A stretch of DNA of 64,000 nucleotides from an uncultured Cryomorphaceae bacterium (lineage in GTDB: Bacteria > Bacteroidota > Bacteroidia > Flavobacteriales > UBA7430): the NCBI GenBank assembly GCA_964516765.1, contig CAZEWZ010000003.1, forward strand, positions 14,692 through 78,691, in the 5' to 3' direction. Below are positions 19,173 to 29,873 of this stretch, one piece after another. Positions within the stretch are counted from its first letter, which is position 1, and the number at the start of each line of letters is the position of its first letter. Below the pieces are notes generated by a model, which was given only the letters and a program-made list of their open reading frames with translations, had not been told where the DNA came from and searched no databases. Position numbers and translations under genes: made by a program.

Positions 19173-19937
19173 ATGTTAAGCAAAAATAAGATTAAATTAT
19201 TAAGAGGACTTCAACGAAAGAAAGAAAGAAAAATTTCCAATTTCTACATTGTCGAAGGGCCTAAGTTAGTTGCTGAAATTTTATCCTCAGGTCAAGATTG
19301 GCAGGAGATTTATGCAACTGAATGCTGGTTTAAAGCAAATCCATTTCTTACTGATGACAATCGATTAGTTTTGGTTAATGAAAAAGATTTAGCTCAGATT
19401 TCTTCTTTAATTTCACCAAACGAAGTTTTAATGGTTTTAAAAAAAGACGCTGTGCAAGATTTTTCTTTCATCATCTCTGAACCATTGGTTTTAGCTTTGG
19501 ATGGGATAAGCGATCCAGGAAATTTAGGAACCATTATTCGCACGGCAGATTGGTTCGGAGTTGGCCATATTTTATGTTCTTTTGATACTGTAGATCAATA
19601 TAATCCCAAAGTGATTCAATCTGCAATGGGATCTATACAGAGAGTTCAACTTCATTATGGGAATTTAATAGAAATGGTTTCGAAGTTTGAAAGTCACAGT
19701 ATTCTTGCATGTGATTTATCTGGAACTTCTATCCATGAATTTGACTTTAAAGAGCCATCAGTGCTTGTTGTGGGAAGCGAATCTCATGGAATCTCCGACT
19801 CTGTATCCACTATCGTTCAAAAAAACATAACGATTCCTTCTTTTTCTTCTTCCGCTATTAACTCGTTGAATGCTTCCGTGGCCACTGGAATAGTATTATC
19901 GACTATCAAAGGGCGGATTAACTTTAAAAAAACATAA
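19173..19937 (+). CDS. TrmH/SpoU-family RNA 2'-O-methyltransferase
   Basis: C-terminal SpoU methylase motifs (DPGNLGTIIRTADWFG, LVVGSESHGIS, SLNASVATGIVL). I moved the start to the ATG at 19173 (MLSKNKIKLLRGL). The ORF-track extension overlaps the divergent BamA-family gene. Confidence 0.75.
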   Translation: MLSKNKIKLLRGLQRKKERKISNFYIVEGPKLVAEILSSGQDWQEIYATECWFKANPFLTDDNRLVLVNEKDLAQISSLISPNEVLMVLKKDAVQDFSFIISEPLVLALDGISDPGNLGTIIRTADWFGVGHILCSFDTVDQYNPKVIQSAMGSIQRVQLHYGNLIEMVSKFESHSILACDLSGTSIHEFDFKEPSVLVVGSESHGISDSVSTIVQKNITIPSFSSSAINSLNASVATGIVLSTIKGRINFKKT

Positions 19938-19967
19938 TACTTATTTTAGTTTAACGATATATTAATT

Positions 19968-19975
19968 TATTTTTG
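19968..19975 (+). promoter_or_regulatory. candidate -7 box (TATTTTTG) for the DUF6580-like/beta-propeller gene pair
   Basis: Perfect TAnnTTTG, 19 nt upstream of the ATG at 19995. Confidence 0.4.
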
Positions 19976-19994
19976 GTGGAAATTTAATATCAGC

Positions 19995-20489
19995 ATGAAT
20001 AAAATTAATAACAAAATACTGGTTTTAATCATCATTTTTTTGCTAGTCATACTTAGGCTTATACCTCATCCACCTAATTTTAGTCCCATTATAGCGGTAT
20101 CTGTGTTTGCTGGAATTAAATTTAAAAATCAGTTTTTTGCTTATATGGTCCCCATATTTGCTGTGTTTATTTCTGACTTTTTCTTGGGGTTCCATAGCGG
20201 TATGTTTGTAGTTTATGCTACTCTACTTTTTGTGGCAGTATTAGCTCGTAATTTTAATAAAATCCATACATCCTCAATTTTTTCTTCCTGCTTATTTTTT
20301 CTCACAACTAACTTTCAAGTATGGATTATGAGTGCATATTATTCCAAGGATATTCTTGGTTTTGTGGAGTGTTTCTATCTTGCAATTCCCTTTTTTGGTA
20401 TGACGCTCTTAAGCACTTTATTTTTTAGCTATTCGTTTTTTTATGTTTATTCATTCATCACTTCTATTCCAACTTATCAAAAAATTTAA
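19995..20489 (+). CDS. small polytopic membrane protein (DUF6580-like)
   Basis: 164 aa and very hydrophobic. The N-terminal LRLIPHPPNFSPIIAVSVFAG resembles what I remember of the DUF6580 family. A perfect TAnnTTTG box lies 20 nt upstream. Confidence 0.5.
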   Translation: MNKINNKILVLIIIFLLVILRLIPHPPNFSPIIAVSVFAGIKFKNQFFAYMVPIFAVFISDFFLGFHSGMFVVYATLLFVAVLARNFNKIHTSSIFSSCLFFLTTNFQVWIMSAYYSKDILGFVECFYLAIPFFGMTLLSTLFFSYSFFYVYSFITSIPTYQKI

Positions 20490-20493
20490 TTTT

Positions 20494-21657
20494 ATGAAGT
20501 CAGTTTTTATTATTGTTCTTTTCTTTTCTTATTCTTTTTTATCAGCTCAAAATTATGTGCATCAAGTATTAATTTTAAATGAGGGAGTATATGACTATGA
20601 ATCGCCAGTTTCTGTTGGTTCATATGATCCCCTTACTGAAAATTATACTACAGTTGTTGAAATTGATAGTTCTCGATTTGCTTCAGATTTAATAATTGAT
20701 AGTGCTTTCTTTTATGTGGCAGCTGACAATAAAATTTTAAAGTACCACCTTGACTCTTATGAGTTATTAGCTGAAGTTGATTTGGAAGGTGTTAGAAAGC
20801 TTGCTGTTCACGAAGATTATTTGTTTGTTTCAAGAGGCGAGTTCACTTCGTTGAATTCTTATTTACAAATTTTTAACAAATCTGATTTATCTTTTGTTTC
20901 AGAATTAGATACCTTAAATGGTCCCAAAGTTTCAACCGAATGTTTAATTGTTAACAATGACTTTGTTTATGTTGGAATTAATAATGGATTTGAATCGGAT
21001 AATCAAGAAGGTCTCGTTGGCGTTATTAATGCTAATACATTCGAATATATCTCAGAAATTGATTTAGGTGATGATGGCAAGAATCCAGACAATATGATGC
21101 TCTATGAAAATCATTTATATACTGTTAACAACAAAGATTGGACTGGATCATCTATTTCTCAAATTAATCTAGAATCTGGTCTGGCTGTTACTAAAAATAT
21201 TTCAGCTGCACCAACCGGATGTGGTACCTCATGTCTCCGATCGGGTAAAATTATATATCAAATCTCTCAAGATGTTAAACTTTTTCAGTGGAATCCTGAA
21301 TTATTTCAAGATGAAGATAATTCTTTAGAAATAGGATCGTTTGATAATTTTTATGAGCTTGCTGAAGATCAAACAAATCTAAAGTTTTATGCTAGTTCAA
21401 CAGATTATGCTACCTACGGTAATATTCAAATTTATGATGAAAACTATAATTTAGAATCTACTTTTACAACTGGAATCTCTCCTGGGACCATTGTATTTGA
21501 TGTCAGACAATCTGTGAGTTTGGAAGAGTTAGAAAATCAAAATATATCGACGGAAAGTTCTGTATTAGATATTTTAGGTAGAGAATACAAAGCCGGAGAT
21601 TTTCGACCTGCAGGGATTTATATTGTAAATGGACAGAAGGTATACTTAAGTAAGTGA
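20494..21657 (+). CDS. secreted beta-propeller-like protein (YncE/DUF5074-like), possible T9SS cargo
   Basis: I moved the start to the ATG at 20494, which gives the signal peptide MKSVFIIVLFFSYSFLSAQ. The repetitive beta-rich sequence begins VLILNEGVYDYESPVSVGSYDP. The C-terminal GIYIVNGQKVYLSK resembles the last strands of a T9SS sorting domain. Confidence 0.45.
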   Translation: MKSVFIIVLFFSYSFLSAQNYVHQVLILNEGVYDYESPVSVGSYDPLTENYTTVVEIDSSRFASDLIIDSAFFYVAADNKILKYHLDSYELLAEVDLEGVRKLAVHEDYLFVSRGEFTSLNSYLQIFNKSDLSFVSELDTLNGPKVSTECLIVNNDFVYVGINNGFESDNQEGLVGVINANTFEYISEIDLGDDGKNPDNMMLYENHLYTVNNKDWTGSSISQINLESGLAVTKNISAAPTGCGTSCLRSGKIIYQISQDVKLFQWNPELFQDEDNSLEIGSFDNFYELAEDQTNLKFYASSTDYATYGNIQIYDENYNLESTFTTGISPGTIVFDVRQSVSLEELENQNISTESSVLDILGREYKAGDFRPAGIYIVNGQKVYLSK

Positions 21658-21690
21658 TTACCTTAAGTTAGTCTACTAAATGATGTGCTT

Positions 21691-23241
21691 TTAGAGTGCA
21701 TTTTGTATTGCCTCCGCGCATCTTTCGCCATCAATAGCAGCAGAAACAATTCCTCCTGCATATCCGGCCCCTTCCCCACATGGATAGAGATTGTAAACCT
21801 GAGGGTGAGAAAGAAGTAGTTCATCTCTAGGAATTCTTACTGGAGATGAGGTTCTTGATTCTACTCCCAATATATTGGCTTCATTTGTGAAATATCCGTT
21901 CATTTTACGGCCAAAAGCCCTAAATCCTTGTTGAAGTCTAGATCCAATCATTTCTGGTAATAAATCGTGTAAGGGAGCTGAATTCACCCCAGGAATATAA
22001 GAGCAGTCATTTAGCGTAGGGGAAAGTTTCCCATTTACAAAATCAACCATTCTTTGTGCAGGGGCTGCTTGGCTTTTACCTCCAGCTTGCCAGGCCATTT
22101 TTTCCATATCCTCTTGAAATCTTAGTCCTGCAAGATTTCTATATTTTTTATATTCTTTCAGTTCATCAGGTTCAATAGCCACTACCATTCCTGAGTTGGC
22201 GTATCTTGAGCTTCTGGTCGAGGCCGACATTCCGTTCAACACAACCTCTCCCGGCTTTGTTGCTGAAGGAACAATGTGACCTCCAGGACACATACAGAAA
22301 GAGAAGACTCCTTTTCCATTTACCTGTTGAACAAATTTATAGGCCGCTGCTGGTAAGTACCTGCTTCTTTTATCACACCGGTATTGAGCTTGATCGATAA
22401 TGGGTTGGGGGTGCTCAATTCGAACACCTAGTGCAAATGATTTTGCTTCAATTTCTAGCCTATGACGGTCAAGTAAATGAAAAATGTCTCTAGCCGAATG
22501 GCCCGTTGCTAAAATAACGGAATGCCCTGATATTATATTTCCTCTATGATCGATCACCCCTAAAATTTTTTTCTCTTTAAGGACCAAATCTTCAATACGA
22601 CAATTAAAATGGACCTCTCCACCCGCCTCTAAAATATTTTTTCGGATTTTTGCAATGATTTTAGGAAGTTTATTGGTCCCAATATGAGGATATGCATCAA
22701 TCATAATATCCTGAACAGCTCCATGGCTTACCAATATTTCTAGAATTCTTTGAACACTTCCTCGTTTCTTTGATCTAGTATATAATTTACCGTCTGAGTA
22801 GGTACCCGCTCCACCTTCCCCAAAACAATAATTGGAGTCTGGATTTACCTTGTGTTTATGAATAGCACCTAAATCTTTTCTTCTTTCAATCACATCATTA
22901 CCTCTTTCTAAAATAATCGGCTTAAGCCCTAACTCTATCAATCGAAGAGCTGCAAATAGTCCAGCCGGACCAGATCCGACTATAACTACAGGTGTGCCAT
23001 TTGAAACATCTGCGTACTCTCTTTGGTAATTGTTTGGAATAGCTTTTTCTCCATCTGTAAATACAGTGAGCTTTAGGTGAACATTAATTTTTCGCGTGCG
23101 GGCATCAATTGAACGCTTCATAATATGAATATCACTGATCAGAAGAGTATCTATATTTAGATACTTTGCAGCACTAAATTTGATACTTTCTTCTTGGCTG
23201 GCTCCTTTAGGGGATATACTGATGGTGATTTCTTTTTGCAT
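21691..23241 (-). CDS. NAD(P)/FAD-dependent oxidoreductase (COG2509-like)
   Basis: 516 aa. Dinucleotide-binding motif VVIVGSGPAGLFAAL and a C-terminal CGEGAGYAGGI motif. Confidence 0.7.
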   Translation of the reverse strand: MQKEITISISPKGASQEESIKFSAAKYLNIDTLLISDIHIMKRSIDARTRKINVHLKLTVFTDGEKAIPNNYQREYADVSNGTPVVIVGSGPAGLFAALRLIELGLKPIILERGNDVIERRKDLGAIHKHKVNPDSNYCFGEGGAGTYSDGKLYTRSKKRGSVQRILEILVSHGAVQDIMIDAYPHIGTNKLPKIIAKIRKNILEAGGEVHFNCRIEDLVLKEKKILGVIDHRGNIISGHSVILATGHSARDIFHLLDRHRLEIEAKSFALGVRIEHPQPIIDQAQYRCDKRSRYLPAAAYKFVQQVNGKGVFSFCMCPGGHIVPSATKPGEVVLNGMSASTRSSRYANSGMVVAIEPDELKEYKKYRNLAGLRFQEDMEKMAWQAGGKSQAAPAQRMVDFVNGKLSPTLNDCSYIPGVNSAPLHDLLPEMIGSRLQQGFRAFGRKMNGYFTNEANILGVESRTSSPVRIPRDELLLSHPQVYNLYPCGEGAGYAGGIVSAAIDGERCAEAIQNAL

Positions 23242-23940
23242 CTATTCGAAGGTCAGAGAAATTTGAATTCCTCGAGAGTAAAAAGCTTCTAGTGAATTTG
23301 TGAAAAGGGTTCCATCTTCCACAATTAAGTTTTTTAATCCATAAGAATACTTTATTTGCGGAGCAAATTTAAAGAATTCGAAGTAGAAGTCCCATCCTAC
23401 GCCGACCTCAAGGGCTATATTCGTTTTATTAAGTTTGAAGATAGTTTCATCGATGACATCTTTTTCTGATGCCATATCAATTCCTATATTCGGCCCAAAG
23501 AAAACATAAACCCGCTGATTATTGATTCGGTCTGCTCTATATTTAATATGAAAACTAGATTCTACGAACCAGGATTCAACATTTTTGTTTACTTCAGATG
23601 GACCATCAAAATTGGGTCGAAATCTATATTTTATATTTCGCTGTATGGTTTTAACAGTTAATATATGTCTAAAATTAAAATTTTTGTTTAAACGAATATC
23701 AGGTAGAATGAAAGATACCCCAAGACCCAGGTCGTTCTCAGTTTCTATACTGAGGATATCTGGATTACTTCCAAAACCAGTTTGATATTCATTGACTAGA
23801 TTGAAATATCCAAAATCCAGTGCCATTCCAAAATGGAATTTCTTATAATCGTAATTACTCAATGAAATTATCTTTTGTTCCTGTGCCATTACGAAAGCTA
23901 AAGAGAAAAAGCATAGAGTAAAGAATAAATATTTTTTCAT
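23242..23940 (-). CDS. PorT-family outer membrane beta-barrel protein
   Basis: 232 aa. Signal peptide ending in AQ, alternating beta-strand pattern and a C-terminal ...SLTFE. Its position immediately downstream of ubiE matches my recollection of PorT/SprT synteny in Bacteroidota. Confidence 0.5.
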   Translation of the reverse strand: MKKYLFFTLCFFSLAFVMAQEQKIISLSNYDYKKFHFGMALDFGYFNLVNEYQTGFGSNPDILSIETENDLGLGVSFILPDIRLNKNFNFRHILTVKTIQRNIKYRFRPNFDGPSEVNKNVESWFVESSFHIKYRADRINNQRVYVFFGPNIGIDMASEKDVIDETIFKLNKTNIALEVGVGWDFYFEFFKFAPQIKYSYGLKNLIVEDGTLFTNSLEAFYSRGIQISLTFE

Positions 23941-24665
23941 TTTTCAGCTATATAAATACTTGCGATACCTAAAGATAAGGGGTAGTTTTTTGCCTTAGAA
24001 TATCCACATTTTTCAATGATGATATTTAGTTCCTTTCCAAAGGGAAATGCCCCTACTGATTCAGGTAGGTAGGAATAAGCAGAGTTGTCACTAGAAATTA
24101 ATTTCCCTAGCATGGGTAAAATACATTTAAAATAGAAATTATAAAGTTGTTTAAAAGGAAATACGGTGGGACTAGAAAATTCCAATATATATAATTGCCC
24201 CCCTGGTTTTAATACTCTATTCATTTCAGATAAGCCAATTTCTAGATGTTCAAAATTTCTCACTCCAAAACTAACACAAACAGCATCAAAAGAATGGTCT
24301 TTAAAAGGCAGGTTCTCAGAGTCTGCTTCTATAAGTTTAATGAGTTGTTCATATCCTCTTTTTTTCATTTTTCTTTTTCCAACATCAAGCATCCCACTGG
24401 AGATATCGATTCCCGTAATTTTTTTTGGTTTAGCTTTTAAAAGAGCAATAGCTAAATCTCCTGTTCCAGTAGCTACATCAAGTACTAGTTTAGGATTTTG
24501 TTTTTTTACAAATTTAACTAGTTTTTTTCTCCAGTAAATGTCGATTCCCAGAGATAAAAAATGATTTAGGAAATCATAATTTTCAGAAATATTATTGAAC
24601 ATTTCTGCGACTTGATTTTTTTTAGATTTGGAAGAATCTTTGTATGGCGTAACTTTTTGTTTCAA
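23937..24665 (-). CDS. ubiE: demethylmenaquinone methyltransferase
   Basis: SAM motif LDVATGTGD and the conserved N-terminal VTPYKDS...[17 protein letters not shown]. The start codon at 24663-24665 is TTG. The stop TGA overlaps the ATG of the next gene (ATGA). Confidence 0.85.
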   Translation of the reverse strand: MKQKVTPYKDSSKSKKNQVAEMFNNISENYDFLNHFLSLGIDIYWRKKLVKFVKKQNPKLVLDVATGTGDLAIALLKAKPKKITGIDISSGMLDVGKRKMKKRGYEQLIKLIEADSENLPFKDHSFDAVCVSFGVRNFEHLEIGLSEMNRVLKPGGQLYILEFSSPTVFPFKQLYNFYFKCILPMLGKLISSDNSAYSYLPESVGAFPFGKELNIIIEKCGYSKAKNYPLSLGIASIYIAEK

Positions 24666-24682
24666 GTTCTTTTTATTTCTTA

Positions 24683-24690
24683 CAAAAGTA
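24683..24690 (-). promoter_or_regulatory. candidate -7 box (TACTTTTG) for the ubiE-porT-oxidoreductase operon
   Basis: Perfect TAnnTTTG on the minus strand, within the 26-nt gap after the upstream stop and 17 nt before the TTG start at 24665. Confidence 0.4.
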
Positions 24691-24691
24691 C

Positions 24692-26941
24692 TTACTTAAT
24701 TTCTTTTTTATTCATAGAGTTGACAAAAAGAATGTTACCAAGATTGTCATAGCCCTCAAAATAAGAAGTTCCTTCTTTTTCAAGAATTTTCTCATCAAAA
24801 CCAATCAATGTGAAGTCTGCGATCGACGATTGCGCATTGATGATCGATTTAAAGTCATGCTCGGCATCTTTTTCAATCAAACTAACATTGGAAGGCGATA
24901 TAGGCAGCCGTCCAATTCGGATAAGGTCAAGTAATCTTTTCTTCTCTGCATCTATTGTTCCTTCTAAGAATATTGAGAATATTTTAATAGTCGCATTCTC
25001 CCATTCTTTGTGCCCTAGAAGTATGTATCCCAAAAGTATTTCTAAATTCGAATCTTGGTAGTCGTCCGCTGAGATCCAAATATGAATTTCTTTATTGTAT
25101 CCATAAGATTTAAAGGTACTACTAAGAATACATACATCTAGATTAGTTGCTTTCAATAGGTAATGATTCTTGATAATTTGTTCTAGTTTTTCTTTTTTAC
25201 CTCTTTCAAATTCAAGAATAATAAGGTTATGTCCTTTACCAGAGATGCTAGCCAACTGAATCACTTGTGCGATTGCTGACGTATAGGAAGGACTAATAAT
25301 AGTGTCTAAATACACCTTAGATTTTGACCCTTCTGCTAAATGATGGAGTTTAGATAGAGTTCTTTGTGAGGTAAGGTGAGATTCTTTATTCAAATAGCCT
25401 TCAATAAAATGCATGTGTGTTCCAAAACCATATTTATGTGAAATCCAACGCATTAGGTCGAAGGTGTCTCTTTTTTCAAAAGTCACATTTGTGACACATA
25501 TCGCAAAGGGTCTCCAATGATCGTCTGCACTATCATATTCTCTTTTACGAACAAAAATTTGAAGTTGTCGGCTCAGTTGAAATAGGACTCCTTTGAATAG
25601 TTTTATAATACCTCCTTGTGATGTATTATATTTGCTAATGTAGAAGTAGATGAATGACATAAATGAAACTGAAGCAAGCGCATACTTCGGATTCATCTTA
25701 AACATTAGCCAGAAAGAAAGAACCGCGCCCAAAAGAGAAATATACCAGCGTGATCGAAAGGTTGGTCGGTAAGATGGATCTGCGGAAAAATGTTCTAGTA
25801 AAGAAATTAAACAAATCGCGCTATAGGTAACCATAAAGAACATGGCTATGACTTCTGCGACTAAATTGATATCACCAATCACTACGAAAAAGAAAGCAAT
25901 AGCACAGGATACTATGGAAGCATTTAGCGGTTCAATAGTATTTGTTTTATTTTTGGATAGCCAGTTGTTTAATGTAAGAGTCGGGAATATTTTATCTACT
26001 CCTAGTGCTTGAAGTGTCCTGGGGGCTACCATAACAGAACCTAGAGCAGAAGAGATAGCAGCACAACCAAGACCAATCGGAATAATAGGTCCCCAAATTG
26101 CAATTCGGCTCATAATCAACTGATCTGAACCTAAATCTTCTAGAGAAGCAGACAGAACTAATTTTAGCGCGACTGCTACATAAACAATAATCCCCACAGC
26201 AGTTGCTAGTAGGGTCCCTTTTGGAATGGATTTTTTCGGGTCTTTCAAATCACCAGATAAACCTAGCCCCGCAGCAATTCCTGTAAAGGCTGGAAAAATA
26301 ATTGTAAAGACATAAAAAAAGGAGTCTGGGTTTCCAATAGAAGAAATAAAATCGACGTCTGCAATGTTGTGACCTTCAATTGGTTTTCCCATGAAGAACA
26401 TGACTAGTGAGGCAAATAGAATGGCGACAACATAATATAGAAGGTTCATCCCAATGTTTGCTCCTTTTGTCAGCATTAAAATACTCAAGAATATCATCAT
26501 GATAATCCCGATAAGTTTTTTATTTAGTATCCAGAAGCTGAAGGGTTCTAGGATTGGATAAACTTCAAGAAGATACTCTGAAAATGGCATAAATGCTTCT
26601 GCAAACGCAATCACATAAAAAGCAACACTAATGGCTTGTGATAAAAATAAAGCAATTCCAATCGCCGCACCAATATTTAATCCAAAAGACCTAGATATAA
26701 TATAATAAGCTCCACCTCCTTGTACTTTTCTATTAGTTGCGATTTCAGCGACAGCTAAAGCAGTGGGAATAGTAACTAGGTGACCAATAATTATGATTGC
26801 AATAGCACCAATAAATCCAGTATGAGCTACCGCATATCCAAATCTTAAATATAAGACCGCTCCCAATATAGTAGAAATTGCCGTCATAAATACTGGAGCA
26901 GTTCCGAAATTTGCTTTTTGTTTTAGAAGAGTATCTGACAT
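24692..26941 (-). CDS. APC-superfamily transporter with an SLC12 (cation-chloride cotransporter)-like C-terminal domain
   Basis: 749 aa. A roughly 460-aa polytopic amino-acid-permease-like N-terminal region is followed by a roughly 280-aa soluble C-terminal domain, the layout of prokaryotic CCC homologues. Confidence 0.65.
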   Translation of the reverse strand: MSDTLLKQKANFGTAPVFMTAISTILGAVLYLRFGYAVAHTGFIGAIAIIIIGHLVTIPTALAVAEIATNRKVQGGGAYYIISRSFGLNIGAAIGIALFLSQAISVAFYVIAFAEAFMPFSEYLLEVYPILEPFSFWILNKKLIGIIMMIFLSILMLTKGANIGMNLLYYVVAILFASLVMFFMGKPIEGHNIADVDFISSIGNPDSFFYVFTIIFPAFTGIAAGLGLSGDLKDPKKSIPKGTLLATAVGIIVYVAVALKLVLSASLEDLGSDQLIMSRIAIWGPIIPIGLGCAAISSALGSVMVAPRTLQALGVDKIFPTLTLNNWLSKNKTNTIEPLNASIVSCAIAFFFVVIGDINLVAEVIAMFFMVTYSAICLISLLEHFSADPSYRPTFRSRWYISLLGAVLSFWLMFKMNPKYALASVSFMSFIYFYISKYNTSQGGIIKLFKGVLFQLSRQLQIFVRKREYDSADDHWRPFAICVTNVTFEKRDTFDLMRWISHKYGFGTHMHFIEGYLNKESHLTSQRTLSKLHHLAEGSKSKVYLDTIISPSYTSAIAQVIQLASISGKGHNLIILEFERGKKEKLEQIIKNHYLLKATNLDVCILSSTFKSYGYNKEIHIWISADDYQDSNLEILLGYILLGHKEWENATIKIFSIFLEGTIDAEKKRLLDLIRIGRLPISPSNVSLIEKDAEHDFKSIINAQSSIADFTLIGFDEKILEKEGTSYFEGYDNLGNILFVNSMNKKEIK

Positions 26942-27023
26942 AGAATAAAATTAATGTGAATTTACTAATATAAACAATTTGTCTTAAGTCAAATTATTTA
27001 TAATCAAGCTTTGGTATGTGAAA

Positions 27024-28835
27024 TTACCCTACGGTGATATGTGCTTTTGGATATTCGTAATTATTGGTTTTCACCTTAGTACTCAGAGCGAAGGCAAGAG
27101 TAAGTGTCCCAATTCGTCCTACAAACATACAAATCATAATGACTATTTTTCCTGCTAAGGATAATTCTGTGGTTATTCCTGTTGTTAGTCCTACAGTAGA
27201 AAAGGCAGATACGGTTTCAAAGGTGATAGCCATAATTCCCAAACCTCCGTCAGTAATACTAAGGATAAAAATAGAGATAAATATAAATCCAGTAGAGAAC
27301 AAAAAAATAGAAAATGCTTTGTGCAGCAGGTCGGAAGAAATAGATCTTCCTCCAATCTCAATTTTTTTATTTCCGCGAATAGTATTAATAGCAGAATAAA
27401 TAATTAGAGTGAAAGTAGAGGTTTTGATTCCTCCTCCTGTAGATCCAGGGGAAGCACCAATAAACATTAGGAAAATAAATATAATTAGCATGGGAATCCC
27501 AATAGAAGAAAAGTCTACGGTATTAAACCCCGCAGTTCGTGCGCTAATAGATTGAAAAAGAGAAGTAACGAATTGCCCTTTCATACTCATACCATTCAAA
27601 CTATTTTCTTGTTCAAGGACAAAAAACGTGCATGCCCCAAGGGCCACCAGAAATAAGGAAGTGTAGAAAGAAATTTTGGTACTCAATTTCAGACTTTTCC
27701 TTGGCGAATTTAGCCATTTTAGAATCCTTTTTCGATCAAATATTTCTGAAATTACTGGAAAGCCAATTCCCCCAATAAATATTAGTCCTGCAATGATTAA
27801 GTGAATATTGTAGGATGAATTCAGCGTATATTGATTCATTCCATCTGAAAATAAAGAGAAGCCAGCATTATTAAAAGCAGATATTGAATGAAAAAGAGAA
27901 TAAAATAAAGGGTCTTTCATTTGATTAAATTCAGGGCTTTGGTTCCAGTTATAATAAAGTAGAATCGCTCCAATAATTTCCATAAAAAGACTGAAAAAGA
28001 AAATCTTTCTCACTAAGCCTTTGCTGCTAAATAAGGAATCTGAACTTAAGTTTTCATGAATAATAGACTGGTGTTTGATTCCCAAACCTTTTCGTGAGAA
28101 TACGGCAAACAAAGTTGCAAAAGAAATAATGTTTAAACCGCCTAATTGAATTAATAACATCAAAATAATGTGACCTTTTTGAGTAAAGTAAGTGGCTGTA
28201 TCAAGAACAATTAATCCTGTCACACAGCTGGCACTTAACGAAGTGAAAAACGCATCAAAGAATGATATTGAATTTCTACTGTAAGTCATCTCAGGCATAA
28301 TTAATAATCCTGTTCCTGTCAAGATTAGTAGTATAAATGAACTAATTAGTAGCTGTGGGGGAGTCAATCGAATGGCTGTAATTTTTGGGCTCGCTTTACC
28401 CAATTCAATCCCCACTAAAATAAAGAAATAAGATTGAATGAATACAGTGTAGAAATTCTCTAGGTTATGAAGGTTGAGCCATGAGCCTATAAAGTTGAGT
28501 AAAGAATGCTCCATCAGCCAGCCACAAAAACTGTTTATGACAATGAGGCACAAGAAGAGAAATTCTATCCAACTTTCTTTCATGAACCTAATTGGATTAT
28601 AGCTGTATATAATGCTCGAAATATATTTTAAAATATAGAAAACAAAGCTTGCTTTTACGACCAATAATATCCATGCTTTTGTATGTGGTTCCAGTGCAAA
28701 CCCATACTGGTATACAAATAAACATAGTACAAAGAAAGCAATTGCAAAACTACCAAATTTAAATAAATTGAGCACTCTATCTTTACTCTCGTATAGGGCT
28801 AGATTAATCTTTTCACGTAAGGAGTTTATGGACAT
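27024..28835 (-). CDS. TrkH/KtrB-family potassium transporter with an N-terminal membrane extension
   Basis: 603 aa. The canonical family start (RLTPPQLLISSFILLILTGTGLLIMP) appears only at about residue 156. Repeated pore-loop-like segments follow (SACVTGL, AFNNAGF, SARTAGFN, SAFSTVGLTTG). Confidence 0.75.
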   Translation of the reverse strand: MSINSLREKINLALYESKDRVLNLFKFGSFAIAFFVLCLFVYQYGFALEPHTKAWILLVVKASFVFYILKYISSIIYSYNPIRFMKESWIEFLFLCLIVINSFCGWLMEHSLLNFIGSWLNLHNLENFYTVFIQSYFFILVGIELGKASPKITAIRLTPPQLLISSFILLILTGTGLLIMPEMTYSRNSISFFDAFFTSLSASCVTGLIVLDTATYFTQKGHIILMLLIQLGGLNIISFATLFAVFSRKGLGIKHQSIIHENLSSDSLFSSKGLVRKIFFFSLFMEIIGAILLYYNWNQSPEFNQMKDPLFYSLFHSISAFNNAGFSLFSDGMNQYTLNSSYNIHLIIAGLIFIGGIGFPVISEIFDRKRILKWLNSPRKSLKLSTKISFYTSLFLVALGACTFFVLEQENSLNGMSMKGQFVTSLFQSISARTAGFNTVDFSSIGIPMLIIFIFLMFIGASPGSTGGGIKTSTFTLIIYSAINTIRGNKKIEIGGRSISSDLLHKAFSIFLFSTGFIFISIFILSITDGGLGIMAITFETVSAFSTVGLTTGITTELSLAGKIVIMICMFVGRIGTLTLAFALSTKVKTNNYEYPKAHITVG

Positions 28836-28848
28836 AATGCCTATGAGA

Positions 28849-29823
28849 TTATAGACTTGTTTGCATTAAATCTTTTTTAGAAATAGGAACCACTCCTACT
28901 TTTTCACAGACAAGACCACCGGCTAAGTTAGCAATTCTCATCATTTGTTCACCATTCATTCCGGAGGCCAATGCAAGAGCCGCAACGGCAACAACAGAAT
29001 CTCCTGCACCTGAAACATCTCTAATGGTTCTTTGGTGCGCTGGTTCTGAGTAAGCTCGTTCTTGGTTTTGAAAATAGATTCCATTTTCAGAAAGTGTAAG
29101 TAATATACTCTTTGCTTGAATTTTTTCTATTAGATCCTCCACTTGTAAAAAAAGTTTTTTTTTGGATTTAAGATTAATATTAACTGCTAAACCTTCATTA
29201 ATTTCTGTTATGTTTGGTTTAAATATATCTACTCCTTTATAGCAGAAAAAGTTCTTTTTTTTTGGGTCTACAATCGTAGGAATATGATTTATCTTAGCTA
29301 GGTTCAGTACTTTATTGATCAGTTTTTCTGAAAGAAAGCCCTTGTTATAATCCTCAAAGATAATTACATCAATATTTTGTTTGTCAATTAGTGTTTCTGC
29401 AAGATCAAATATGCCAGAATCATTCAAATCATCAGTTTGTTCTTCATCAATTCTTAATATGTGATTTCCATCACTAATTACTCTTGTTTTTACAGTAGTT
29501 TTTCGGTTTTGACTTCTTACAATTCCGCGTTTGTTAATTTGATGGAAATCTAATAACTTAATAAGCTCATCTCCATACTTGTCTGTGCCGATACCAGAAA
29601 AAAGTATTGGTTCTGCACCCAATGAAAGTATATTTAGAGCCACATTAGCTGCACCACCCAAACGATTTTCTTTGTTAATAACATCTACCACAGGAACAGG
29701 AGCTTCGGGAGATGTTCTGTTAATTTCTCCCCACATATATGCATCAACCATGACATCTCCTACAATGAGAACTCGCTTGTTTTCAAATTCTTTTAGAATG
29801 TTTGTCATTGGATTCATAGGCAT
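28849..29823 (-). CDS. PfkB-family sugar kinase, RfaE domain I-like (D-glycero-beta-D-manno-heptose-7-phosphate kinase type)
   Basis: 324 aa. RVLIVGDVMVDAYMWGEINRTSPEAPVPVV and the C-terminal DVSGAGDSVVA motif. No adenylyltransferase domain is fused. Confidence 0.7.
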   Translation of the reverse strand: MPMNPMTNILKEFENKRVLIVGDVMVDAYMWGEINRTSPEAPVPVVDVINKENRLGGAANVALNILSLGAEPILFSGIGTDKYGDELIKLLDFHQINKRGIVRSQNRKTTVKTRVISDGNHILRIDEEQTDDLNDSGIFDLAETLIDKQNIDVIIFEDYNKGFLSEKLINKVLNLAKINHIPTIVDPKKKNFFCYKGVDIFKPNITEINEGLAVNINLKSKKKLFLQVEDLIEKIQAKSILLTLSENGIYFQNQERAYSEPAHQRTIRDVSGAGDSVVAVAALALASGMNGEQMMRIANLAGGLVCEKVGVVPISKKDLMQTSL

Positions 29824-29873
29824 GGAATGGTATTTTTAAAAATAATTAGCTTTAAAATAAATTCATTAAATGA

